DNA of 59,810 bases from Octopus bimaculoides (Eukaryota): contig NC_068982.1 of NCBI RefSeq assembly GCF_001194135.2, forward strand, positions 85,495,028 through 85,554,837. The letters are read 5' to 3'. The number at the start of each line of letters is the position of its first letter. Position 1 is the first letter of the stretch. Position numbers and translations under genes: made by a program. Under the pieces are notes generated by a model. The model saw only the letters and a list, made by a program, of their open reading frames with translations. It was not told where the DNA came from and did no database searches. Positions 25,701 through 37,719 of this stretch are shown here, one piece after another.

Positions 25701-26279
25701 TGGACACTTAGTCAGAATAACAGAATGGTTAAACAACTTTTTTGCAGAGAATTGGTGACAGGTAAGCATCTGTCCCACAAACCAAAGATGAGGAACAAAG
25801 ATTATCTGAATAAGATAAATGTTCCAATTGACAACTGGGAAGATTTAGTGCATTGCCAAGAAAAATGGAAAAAAGTTGTATATGTAGGTAAAAATGAATT
25901 TGAAAGGAAGAGAATGGAGCATGCAAAGATCAAAAGAAAGATGAGAAGAAGTGACAGGAATGATGTTCTAACAAACATTAATGAATGTGATGATCTTACA
26001 TGTGATGAGTGTAGAAAGATTTGTCTTAGTAAGGCAGGGCTAAAGAACCATATGAAATCACATATTGCACAACTTCACATTGATTATAGATGGACAGATG
26101 ATTTTGAATGCATACTCTGTCATAAAGTATGCAGATCAAAAAATTGCTTGAAAAGGCATAGTAAAGTCCATGGAGCTGTAAACTATACAACCACCAAGTT
26201 TTCTTGCACTAATTGTCAAAAAGCACACAAGTCTTTGGCAGGCTTCAAAAGCCATATTCATGCAGCTCATCGGTGATAT
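22750..26279 (+). mobile_element. Near full-length RTE/BovB-like LINE (APE-RT-3x C2H2), frameshifted
   Basis: IGCWNVRTLL, VSVYAPT, ILGDFNAKVG, WTDHHLV, GVKQGDILAP, LLYADDC, and three C-terminal CxxC...H...H repeats. Confidence 0.93.
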
Positions 26280-26550
26280 TCTAGGGCATAAAGAAGTCAT
26301 GCAATGGCTCTACTTGAAATTGCATTGGCAACTATCATATATACTAGCATACCCATGTCGTCAAAAATGCAGACAGTTTTGTTAATGATAGAAAATGGTA
26401 CATCAACACAATGGGGAAAACCATTGCTAAATGTCAGCAATCTAGTAAATAAATCTACATGCACAGAATTGAAGCATTTGAAGAATCAGATACGGTTGTA
26501 CCGTCTTTATTGAAAATATCATCCACATAATGTGTGTGTGTGTGTATATA

Positions 26551-26600
<50 letters not shown>

Positions 26601-26967
26601 AGTTATAAACGAGCATCACTGTCATACAAGCAGTGTTATTCGTTTCCAATATACTATGAGAACATGTCTGGCCATGGGGAAATATTGCCCTATTTGGAAA
26701 CAGATGAAGATCTGTGACAAGAAGGGCATCTGAAGGTAGAAAATCTGCCTCAAGTAAACATGATCCAACCCATGCAAGCATGGAAAAGCAGTTGGTAGTG
26801 ATGATGATGATATACACATATAATCTAATTTCAAGTCTCATGAAGCTCATCTTTGCTTTCCCTTCGTTCAAGGTCAATAACTAAAGCATCAGCCAGGTAC
26901 TGGTGTTGATGGTATCAACTACTCTCCTTGTCTTAAAACTGCTTGACTTTTACTGAAGCAACAAACC

Positions 26968-29112
26968 ATTATTATTATTATTGTTTCATTTACACAAAAC
27001 AGATTAAAGTGTTGGAAAATAAAATTTCTTAATATGAGGCTACAGCAAGTAACCTTAGATACCAAGAACCTGCCTAAGTATCCTAGCTGTTCCTAGTAGC
27101 ACTGTTTTTTGGATTGGCACTAAACTAGGTTTTATGCCTATTTCCTTTGTCCATCTGTTCAAATCCTTAGGAATAGTTCCTAATACACCTATAAATACAG
27201 GGTTACATTTTACCTGCACTTTCCATAGCCTCAATGTAACTCAATGGCAAGGTCCTAGTACTTTGTTATTTTCTCTATATCTTTCATATTGATTTTCTCA
27301 TCACTTGAGACTGTGAAGTCAATTATCAGGCACTTTCTTTTCTTTTTACCCACCACTACTAAATCAGGCCTTCTAGCTTTTATTACTCTATCCGTCTAAA
27401 TGTCAATATCCCTTAACATCTTATATTTCTTACTTTCTAGTACTTTACTAGGTTCATGTTCATACCATTTATCAGTATGGTCAAATCTTAGATTTTTATA
27501 TAACTCCCAGTAGATTATTCTCCCTAGGCTGTCATGTCTCTTCTTGTATTCTTTCTGTGCCAGCATGATATATTTACTTATTATATGAGTAGCACTTTCC
27601 ACTTTTGATTTACATAACCTACATTTGGAATCTACCTGGTTTTTTGCTTATCGTGGCTTTTTATCCAATTAGTCCTCAATACTTGATCTTGTGCTGCTAC
27701 TGGAAAACTATTTGTCTCCTTTTTCAGCCTTTCTGCAAGCATAACCATGTCTCACTATTACTATTTCTTGTAACTATGTTTGGGAATCTACCATGCAGGG
27801 CCTTCTCTTGCCAGTCAAATAATCTTTTTTTCAGGTTTTTAATTTCATTTGGCTTTCTAGTTTCCTTATATCCTACTGTTACTCTAGCAGCTCTTAATAA
27901 ACCTTCTTCACTATTACCTGCATAGAAGGGTATATCTACTCTAGCTAACTCCACACAGTCTTCCACTGATATTAGCCCTCTACCACATTCTTTTCTAAGT
28001 AAGTATAATCTTGTTACTCCTGCTCTTGGATGAAATCCTCTATTCATATTGAAATCCTCAGTTCTTCTGTCTAGATTTGCTAATTTAGGTTCTGTTCAGT
28101 TTACAAAAGCTGCTGAGTATCTAAGTAATGATACTGCATGGGTATTTACAACTTCACTAGATTTGGACTATTTAGCTTTGACTTCATTAGCTTCCTTGCC
28201 CTTCTGATGTACCCTTTCTCAATTTTTGTTTCCAGTTCTATAGTTAGTACTCTATCAGATTCTAATACTCCCAGATACTTATAATCTCTCTTCTTCTTTC
28301 AGTGATTTTAATGTCTGGCCATCTGGTAATTGGATGCCTTCACTGCTGATTAGCTGTCTCTTTTTATGCTTAATATTGCACATTTATCAATGTCAGATTC
28401 CACACCTATATCTTTGCTGAAAAGTCTTACAGTTTGTATTAAGGAATCTACCTCTTTTTTTATTCCTTCTAAATAGCTTCAGATCATCCATGTAGAGCAA
28501 ATGGGTAATTTTTCCTTTGCTATTTCTAAACTGATATCCTGCCTTTTCCTTTCTTACTAAACTGAAGGGGATTAAGCATAATACAAATATTAAAGGAGAT
28601 AATGAGTCTCTTTGGAAAATTCATCGCTTATATTAACTTTCCATACGGCTGTATCACCTTAGTGGAGATCTGCTTTCCATTTCTGCATGTTATAATTAAT
28701 TAACTCTCTTATGTTTTCTGCAATACTGAATATACTCAATCATTCACTTATCTATGAGTGTGGAATCATGTCAAAGGCTTTCTTATAATTTGCCCGTGCT
28801 ATTGTTAAATTTTTCTCTCTAGATATGTATAATAGATCATGCATTCCTCTAGCCTTCTTCCTGAAACTTTTCTGTTCTTCTGACAGAAAATTCTGGCTGT
28901 CAAGTTGCTCATGAATGCTTTCTGAGAGCAGTCCTGTTTAACAGATTCCACACTAATAGTAAGCAAGTGATTGATCTGTAATTACTAGATATATTGCCCT
29001 TGCTTTTGTCTTTCATAAAGAGTACTGTTCTCCTTGTCTCCTCATGTCCTGTCTTCGATCAGCCTAACTCTGGTCTCTCTCTCTCTCTTCCTCTCTCTCA
29101 GTTTCATTAACC
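26968..29112 (-). mobile_element. R4/Dong-like RLE non-LTR retrotransposon, 3' half
   Basis: NYRSITCLL, RLYLLRKECGRGL, ESATHIISKYIMLAQKEYKKRHDSL (knuckle/RHD), RRPDLVV-type RLE motif, TVLLGTARILRQVL*; ends in (AAT)5. Confidence 0.85.
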
Positions 29113-29287
29113 ACTTGCTTCTCCCAACACATTACCTCTGCTCCCCAACCCCACCCTATATAAAATAGCTGATTCATATTTTAATACCCTGCCACACAGA
29201 GTAGAAACCAGAAGATGTTAGATAAGCAACCTTTTTTCAACCTAGCACACATCTAAAACCTCTTTTCAGCGCAAGTATAATTACTTC

Positions 29288-29643
29288 AATAAATCTCTGA
29301 GCGAGGTATAAACAGTAGCTGCACGACATCATGAAGTACATTTGCCACTTAAATGTGGCTAACCTTTGAGGGTGGATGCTAATATAGCTTGTAGCCCCAG
29401 GAAGACACCTCCAGCTGGCTATTGACACACTTTCTGTGCTCTCTCAGTATTTGCAAAGGGAAGTCATCCTTCCCATCTCCAACCTCACATGATACACACA
29501 TGTCAATAGCCAGCTGGAGGAGGTGTCTTCCTGGGGCTACAAGCTACAGTAGCATCCACCCTTAAGGGTTAGCTACATTTAAGTGGCAAATATACTTCAC
29601 AACATCGTGCAGCTACTGTTTGTACCTTGCTCAGAGATTTATT
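29288..29643. mobile_element. Fold-back/MITE-like element, ~140 bp inverted arms
   Basis: 29288-29427 is the reverse complement of 29501-29643 with scattered mismatches and a 73-bp spacer. Confidence 0.85.
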
Positions 29644-30099
29644 ATTGCTTGTTTACACTTTTTCGAGATCAATGACTTTTCGTCACTGGAAAAAGGATAT
29701 ATATATTTGCATTGGGAACCACTTCACATCAACAACTGGTGATTATCCCTCTTCTGCATTCGGCTGCTGTTGCTTAGTGAGTTTATTTGGTTAATGTATT
29801 TTTGTTGTTGATTATATGCTGAAATTGTTACATTTGTGTTCTTGTTGGAATCGAACTGTTGACGTCGTTGTAACAGAAATTTTCGCCCTATGGGGCAGAA
29901 AATTAATTGCTGCATAACTTGTTGGACTGCTTTTTGTGTTTTTTTCTTTACTTTTTTACCTGTCGCAGGGTAAAAAATTAACTTTTGTCATTGTGACAAA
30001 AATAACTACTATTTTTCTGATATTCAAAGGCCATTTGCAAAAGTGGATTTGAATTTGTTGTCGAATGTCAAATTTCTGTTCTCAGAGGAGGATTTCCTG

Positions 30100-31900
30100 G
30101 CCATGAAGGAAAGTAACCAAGTTTGTAACCAGGAAAGAAAGGAAAAGCCAAGTTCTTCTACTGCTGTCGGTGGAAATTTCTGTGAATTGGAGATATCTAA
30201 AGAACATTTATTTAAGTTTTGAAACCTTATAAAGAAAAGTGGCAACGAAACCAAACTTCTGCCACCACAGGACATGATACAAAGTTTAACTGTCAGTACA
30301 GTAGTATACAAAATATACAACCATAAAGAAAAAAAGAATAATGTCAGTGAAGAATGAGGTTGTAGAGAAGTACCTCACCCCCATATGGGGAAAAATTACC
30401 TATGTCTGTCGAAGACCAAGAAACACCACAATTGAGGTGCAATTCGAGAACGTTGAAAGAGCAAAGGAAATATCAACTCAAACTCTAAAAAATGAGGAGA
30501 TAATGTTGCTTCCGACCTACCTAGACTGGAGAACTGCAAAAATAACAATTGAGTAGTATGCTGGACTTGTTCGGACACTTGCTGGCCTGCGTCTACATGA
30601 ACTGGCAGCAGAATGGGAGAATTCCCAGCTCTGTGAGTTGGGGAGTGGTGGCACTGATCAGAAAAGACCCAAGCAAGGGGGATCATATTAGTAACTTTAG
30701 GCCCATAACTCTACTGAATGTAGAGTTAAAGATTGTGGCCAAGGTGTTAGCAAAAAGGTTGATGCGTGTCGCGGAGAAACTTGTAGGGAGGGCACGAACA
30801 TGCGCCATCCCAGGCAGGTCAATCCAGGACAATCTTCATTTCTTATGCTACATCTTAGACAGGGTGGGTAATTGTGGGGCATTGGTCCATTTAGACCAAA
30901 GTAAAGCTTTCAATAAGGTAGACCACCAGTACATGGCGGCATTCCTTGAGGTGGCTGGGCTAGGCTCGGACTTCCGTGGTTGGATCAAGGCCATTTATGG
31001 TGGCATCAAATCCACAGTCCAAGTATATGGTTACCTGTCGGAGCCATTTGAGATCCAGTGCTTGGTTCGTCAAGGGTGCCCTCTGTCTTTGCTTCTGTAT
31101 GACTCTTGAGCCATTGCTGCAGAGGCTGGAGAGTTTGGTGGGGGCATCCCCAATGAAATTGGATTTGATAAGTGTGTTTCTGCGAATGACGTCACCATCA
31201 CCGTGTCCAATGTAGCTCAGCTACCTTGTGTAGAGGATGCAATCAAAGGATACGAGGCGGTGGCAGGAGCAAAAGTTAACAAGGACAAGTCCATCAGTTT
31301 ACAGCTTGGCACCCTGAGTGTCAAGTCGATAATGTCCAGTGTCGTGGGCACTGGACAGATGGTCCTGTTTAGGTGCTTGGAGTTTGGTTTGGTTTGGTCC
31401 AGACTCCCAGACAGAGAAAAATTGGAGTGAGGTGGCAGGTAGGGTGGAGGCCCTAGTCCAGACCTGGTCTGGAAGGGCGTCTTCTTGAAAGGGAGGGCGG
31501 AGGTGGTGCAGGTGTTTATTGTGTCTGTTATCACCTACTGTCTGACCGTTGTCCTTTGCCCCAATTTGTGGCTATGCAAGTTTGTGCGACTTCTCTTCTG
31601 CTTTTTGTGGAAGGGAAAACTGCTTGTGTATGCTGCCAAGAACCGCTAAAGGGTGGGTTAGGGATGCCATGGCTATTGATGTGCAGACATGCACTAAGGC
31701 TAAGGCATCTCTAGCTCTACCTGGATGGTGGCCAGGTGTGGAATTCGCTTGCAGGGGAATTCTTTCCATGACCGACCTCCTTGGAGGAATTTACACCCGG
31801 TTTGATAAAAAGACAGAATATGACTGAATGGCAAAAGGAGTGCAGGCAGGCACTCGCGCTAATCCACAGGTCGGGCAAGGCCGGCAGCAGAAATACCACC
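30100..31900 (+). mobile_element. Tx1/L1-clade LINE remnant (ORF1 fragment fused to RT)
   Basis: NFRPITLLNVELKIVAKVLAKRL, CAIPGRSIQDNL, LDQSKAFNKVDH, VRQGCPLS. An ORF1-like piece occupies 30341-30556. Confidence 0.85.
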
Positions 31901-31934
31901 TCTGTATTTTATAAAGGGCTCTATCTCTCTCTTT

Positions 31935-32440
31935 CGATTACCACTTGCTTCGCCAAGACTTCCTCCACCACCACCACCCTATATAAACTAGTGCACGCAC
32001 TCAGATTCCCCTACTCAATTTTAATACCTCTGTTGAAGAAATACGAATCTCAGAAGATGCTCAGATAAGAAGTTTTGTCTTTTCAACCTCATTCATCTAC
32101 TCTTCTATTTCTGCGCAGGTCATAAACCCCTTATTTAGTTCTTTTCATTATTCTGTCTATTTCATTACCATGTCATCACATAAATATAGTTTCAATAGTT
32201 TCGTCTTCCCCGTTGTTGCCTTAAGATAGCCTTAGTTCATGCATTTCTTTAACCACAACATATTCATTCATTTGTTCAAGTTTATCACACAGTCACTTAT
32301 TTCTCTAAGACTTCCTCCACCACCACCACCACCACCACCCTATATAAACTAGCGCATGCACTCGGATTCCCCTACTCAATTTTCTTAATACCACCGCCGA
32401 AAGAATACGTATCCAGAAGATGCTCTCGTCTAAATTTGTT
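31935..32440 (+). repeat. Two copies of a ~140-bp TATA-containing repeat (third copy at 29105-29245)
   Basis: Shared ccaccctatataaa...ttaatacc...cagaagatg blocks. Confidence 0.7.
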
Positions 32441-32449
32441 AGCTCGCAG

Positions 32450-35400
32450 TACAAACGCCCTCCCACCCCCTCATCCTGTACCGGAAGTTTCTATCCTCTC
32501 TCATCCTTTGGTTGTCTCCCATGAACACTTCTAAAGGCTTTACGCCAACCCCACCCCTACTTAGGGTTTATCTCCTATGTAAGGTTTTGATCATATAGTG
32601 CAAAAATATGATGGTGTAGTGTATGCAGGTTGAATTGAAGGGTATTGTTTGTTTATGAATTCTGCCAAATGCGAGCTTTCTTTTCAGGTACATGACGCTG
32701 CTGTCCCCCGTCCCAGGGTCTCACGGGACCATACCTCCCACACCCTCGGGGTTGGCACTCTCAATGTTGGCACACTGAGAGGTAGGTCTGATGAGATTGT
32801 TGAGATGCTTGTACTGAGATGTATTGATATCTGTTGCCTCCAAGAGGTAAGGTGAAGAGGAGGTTCCGCTAGGTTTTCTGGGCAGGGAACACAGACGGTG
32901 TCGGGGGCATGGCTATTCTTCTTGCGGAGAAATGGGTGGATAAGGTAATCAAAGTAGTCAGAGTATGCAACAGAATACTTAAGACTAGATTATTGCTTCA
33001 TCATGGGTTAGCAACCATTATCTCAGCCTATACCCCTCAGCCAGGACTACCTGATAGACAGAAAAACTGATTTTATGAACTGCTGGAGTTCTGCGATGCA
33101 AATGATCTTATAGTTTGCAATACTAACTTCAGGAAACCTGCCAGTCACCTAGTCACCTACCGTTCTGGCTGACATACTAGCCAAATTGACTACATCCTCA
33201 CCAGAAAAGGGGAAAGAGGGCTGCTTATAAATGCCAAAATCTTCCCAGGCGAAGAATGTACCCCAAAACATAGACTGGTAGTTAGTGACTTCAGGATCAG
33301 GGCTAAGTGATTTCCCAGAAGACAACCAGTATGGAGGAGAAGGATCTGGAAGCCTAAAGATCCTGTGAATGGACAGAGATTTAGAGACATATCGCTCAAA
33401 GCCTTTGACGAAATATAAGGGGATATAGCTTCACACGATGTAGAAGACAACTGGAGGTTTCTACGGGACAACCTGCTGAAAACCACTGACCAGATCTGTA
33501 AATAGTGCAAAGTCTCCTCTCGACCCAAAATAGCATGATGGTGGAACAGTGTTGTTGACAGGGCTATTAGAGAAAAGAAACAGGCTTTGAAGGACTGAAA
33601 GAACGGTGGTAGCAGGTAATTGTATCAGACTGCCAGAAGGGAAGCTAGGAGACAGGTTTATTTAGCCAGTGGGGAAGCAGAAAAGAAAAAAATTGCCAAT
33701 GTTCTGCGCTGTGAGGACCAAAGACTTGAGGTATTTCATGTTGCAAGACAGTGTGTGAGAGAGAATCGTGATGTCGTGGGAGAGAAATGTGTCCGCATGG
33801 ATGATGGCTCACTTGCACTAAACGAAGCTGCAAAGAGAGAGGTTTGGAGACGCCACTATGAAAGGTTGCTCAATAAAGAAAATGAATGGGAGAAAGAGAG
33901 TCTGCTGAATGTCGACCCAAACGAGGGACCAGCTATCTGAGACAGGGAAAGCCCCCCGGCACATCAGGAATCACTGCAGAGGTGCTTAAAATATCTGGCA
34001 GTGTAGGCTATAGCCTAGTCATTCATATAGTCAGTCAGGTGATACATGAAGGAGTCATACCCAATGACTGGTATAGCAGCACCATAGTCAACTGCTACAA
34101 AGGTAAAAGTGATGCATTAGATACAAATAATTATAGAAGTATCAAGTTGTTAGATCAAGTAATGAAAGTCACGGAGAGGGTCATAGCCCAACTAATTAGG
34201 GAGAGAGTCAATTTAGATGAGAAGCAGTTCAGGTTTGTGCCAGGGAAAAGCACCACTGATGCTATATTTCTGGTAAGACTGCTGCATTAGAAATACTTAA
34301 CCATAGATAAACCTCTATACCTGGCTTTCGTTGACATGGTAAAAGCTTTTAACAGGGTCCCCAATCCCTTATCTGATGGTCAATGCAGAAACGAGGGATA
34401 GAAGAATGGTTAGTGAGAACTGTACAAGCCATGTACAAGGATGCTGTCAGTAAGGTGAGGGTTGGCAACGAGTATAGTGAAGAATTCCGGGTAGAGGTAG
34501 GGGTTTACCAAGGATCAGTCCTCAGTCCCCTCTTATTCATCATAGTCCCCCAGGCAATAACAGAGGAATTCAGGACAGGATGCTCCTGGGAGCTCCTCTA
34601 TGCAGATGACCTTGCTCTAATAGCTGAGTCACTACCAAAACTAGAGAAGAAGTTTTAGGTGTGGAAGCAAGGTCTAGAATCAAAGGGCCTTAGAGTCAAT
34701 CTAGCAAAAACCAAAGTAGGAAGGCAGACAAATCACAAATCTCTTCAGGTAATTGGCCCTGCTCGATCTGTAGAAAAGGCATAGGTAGAAACTCCATAAG
34801 ATGTACTCAGTGTAAGCTATGAACAGATAAGAGGTGCAGCAATATCAAAGGAAGGCTAACTGGGAAGATAGTTTTTTGTGTGTGACAAATGCTCAGGAAC
34901 AATAAACACTGAAAATGTGCAGAGAACAACTTTTGCCACATTCCAGGAGAAAAGCTAGAAGTTGTTGATAGCTTCTGTTACCTAGGTGATCAAGTCAGTA
35001 GCGGGGGAGGGTGTGCTGTAAGTGTAGCTGCTAGAATAAGAATAGCCTGGGCAAAGTTCTGAGTGCTTCTACCTCTGCTGGTGACAAAGGGCCTCAGAGT
35101 AAAAGGTAGACTGTATGACGCATGTGTGTGAACAACCATGCTACATAGCTGTGAAACATGGGCTGTGACTGCTGAGGACATATGTAAGCTTGCAAGAAAT
35201 GAAGCTAGTATGCTCCACTGTGTGTGTAATGTCAGTGTGCATACATGATAGAGTGTAAGTGCCTTGAGAGAAAAGTTGGACCTAAGAAGCATCAGATGTG
35301 GTGTGCAAGAGATGACTGCACTGGTATGATCATATGTTGCATATGGATGAGGACAGTTGTGTGAAAAAGTGTCATACCTTAGCAGCAGAGGGAACCTGTG

Positions 35401-36058
35401 GAAGAGGAAGACCTGGGATGATGGGGTGAAGCATGACCTTCGAACGTTGGGCCTCACAGAGCGATGACAAGTGACTGAGACCTTTGAAGATATACTGTGC
35501 TTGAGACAACCCATCAAGCCAAGTGAAACCATAACTGTTGCCTATGCCAGTGCAGCATAACCAGTACATCTAAGAATACCCTTCAATCATTTGGCAATAA
35601 ACTGCGAAGACCTGTTGAGTAAAGTGAAGTCATTGTCATTGGCGATGACTGTACCACCTGATTGGCACCCATGTCAGTGGCACATAAAAAAGTACCATTC
35701 GAGTGTGGTCCATGCCAGTGCCACCTGACTGGTCCTGTGCTGGTGGCACATAAAAAGTACCATTCAAGTGTGGCTGTTGCCAGAGCTGCCTGATTGGCTC
35801 CCTTGCCAGTGGCACATAAAAAGCACCATTCAAGTGTGGTTGATGCCAGTACCGCCTGACTGGCCCTTGTGCCAGTGGAACATAAAAAGCAACCACTACA
35901 CTCTCAAGAGTGGTTGGTGATAGAAAGAGTATCTATCTGTAGAAATTGCCAGATCAGATTGGAGCCTGGTGCAGCCTTCTGGCTCGCCAGCCCTCAGTCA
36001 AACTGTCCAACCCATGCCAGCATGGAAAGCAGGCATTGAACGATGATGATGATGATGA
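32450..36058 (+). mobile_element. Near full-length RTE LINE with 66-bp tandem array in 3' UTR
   Basis: GTLNVGTLRGR, IDYIL, NYRSIKLLDQ, YQGSVLSP, LYADDL; tail ccaacccatgccagcatggaaagc...(gat)n. Confidence 0.93.
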
Positions 36059-37336
36059 GTACCCATGAACTAAATCTGGTCTTGTGTCCTTCCAGTTTGG
36101 CATTTTTCCTGACACTCATTAAAGCAACAGTTAGTCTTAGATCTGACTGCTTCTCACTAACTATTTCTTTCTTACTTTCTTTAACCATGCTGCATCTCCA
36201 TTATGATTGACTGGCTTATCCCCAAATATTACTCTAGAACTTTCTAGCTTCTTCTGCATTAGATTTCTCACCTTCAGTACTTTCTTCTACACTATTTATT
36301 TACCTATAAAATCTCCTTTGGTTTGTCTCAAACAGTCTGTTCTGTTGATACTGATCTATTCTTTTCTGGAAAGCTTATCTGCTATTGCTAGTATATGCTG
36401 TTTCAACTCTTCCATAACTATCGTAAATCCTTTCACTTTGACTAAGTATTGTTTCTCATCAGAAGATTCAAATCTTGTGTTTCTTAACTTATTCAGTTTC
36501 CAGGCTTCTTCTCTACTCAGATCTTACCTTAATGTCTTCACTTTATTTTCTAATCTCCTTCTCAACATTTGCTCTTTCCTAATCTTTCCTTGAGGAATAC
36601 CTAATACCTCCTACACAGATCAATGAGTTAGTGTCATCTTTATTTTCAGTATCCTACGGAAATTACTTTTCTAGTCATATCCTTCTATTAGCATCTTTTA
36701 AAGTTGGTAATATTTTTCTTTCTTCTTTACTCGTTGCTTCCCACAACTCATCTAAACTCTGATTTTCCTCATTTAAGTCACTTAAGTTTCTGGTGCCAGT
36801 TGTTCCTTCTTGATCAGTTGTGCTATTATTATTTTTTCCTTTAGGTTTTTCTTTGGTTTGAACAGTATCTTTTATGTTGTTGTTTGGCTTTTCTACTGCT
36901 TAATCTTTCTTTCCCAGTTCTCTTGTGATCTCTTCCACCCCCAATTCTGTCAGCCACTCCCTTTTCCTAATAGCATTAGCTTGATCTACTACTCTCTGCT
37001 CTATCATTTTAAACATATCCTTCTCTCTCCAAAGTTTTAACATCTGTTTAGGTTTACTTTCTTTGTTTAGGTTCACTTTCTAAGTAGTACTGCATCACTA
37101 TCCTATTTTCTTTGCTGGTCCACTTCCTTCTCCTTACTCTATTATCTACTGATGCTGTCTTAAGATAACAGCTGTAGTCAGTTTGCATCTGTACTGAACC
37201 ACTGCCAAGCGAGAGGCCTTCCCTTAAAGGTTCAGCCTCATTTTCACTGTTACCACCAGAGTTTCTAGGCAAACTCTTGTCTGTCATAAACTGAGGCAAT
37301 GTAATGTTCATCACCATCATCATCACTATTATTATT
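36059..37336 (-). mobile_element. R4/Dong-like element, 5' half
   Basis: RRRKWTSKENRIVMQYYLESEP N-terminus through RKMPNWKDTRPDLVHGY at the 36060 break. Confidence 0.75.
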
Positions 37337-37719
37337 TGACATCTGATAGTTTCAAGTAAGTTTTTATTGTACCACTTGATGCACTTTTATGTTACTGAGG
37401 TGTGTACAGCATTGTGTCTTTCTGTCATTTGGGGAGTATTGTATTGCATCAAAATGTTTTGTTATGGGATTTGGTTTGAGTCTCTTGTATTAGTGTTTGT
37501 ATTGTATGTTGGGTGTGTAATGCAGGATGTGTTCTTTTGTTGGGTATCCGGTCTCTATGGCACTTGTTGGGGTTGTTCAATTTATTGGATATTTACTTTA
37601 TGAGTTTATCCTGTGTGTTTTGGGTACAGTGTTTCCAAGTAAACTGATATCTGACTGTTCAAAGATAGTAGTGACTTCTCTTGAAAGTGGACAAAATTTG
37701 GCATTGTGGTGTTATCAGG

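Noticed and set aside
32030-32075. Hammerhead-like words (gaaatacgaatc, cagaaga) in the TATA repeat
   Set aside because: The core is CAGAAGA in all three copies, element order is wrong, and there is no GAAA after the putative stem II.
35645-35900. CRISPR-like periodic array
   Set aside because: Whole units are homologous with no unique spacers; the context is a eukaryotic LINE 3' UTR with no cas genes.
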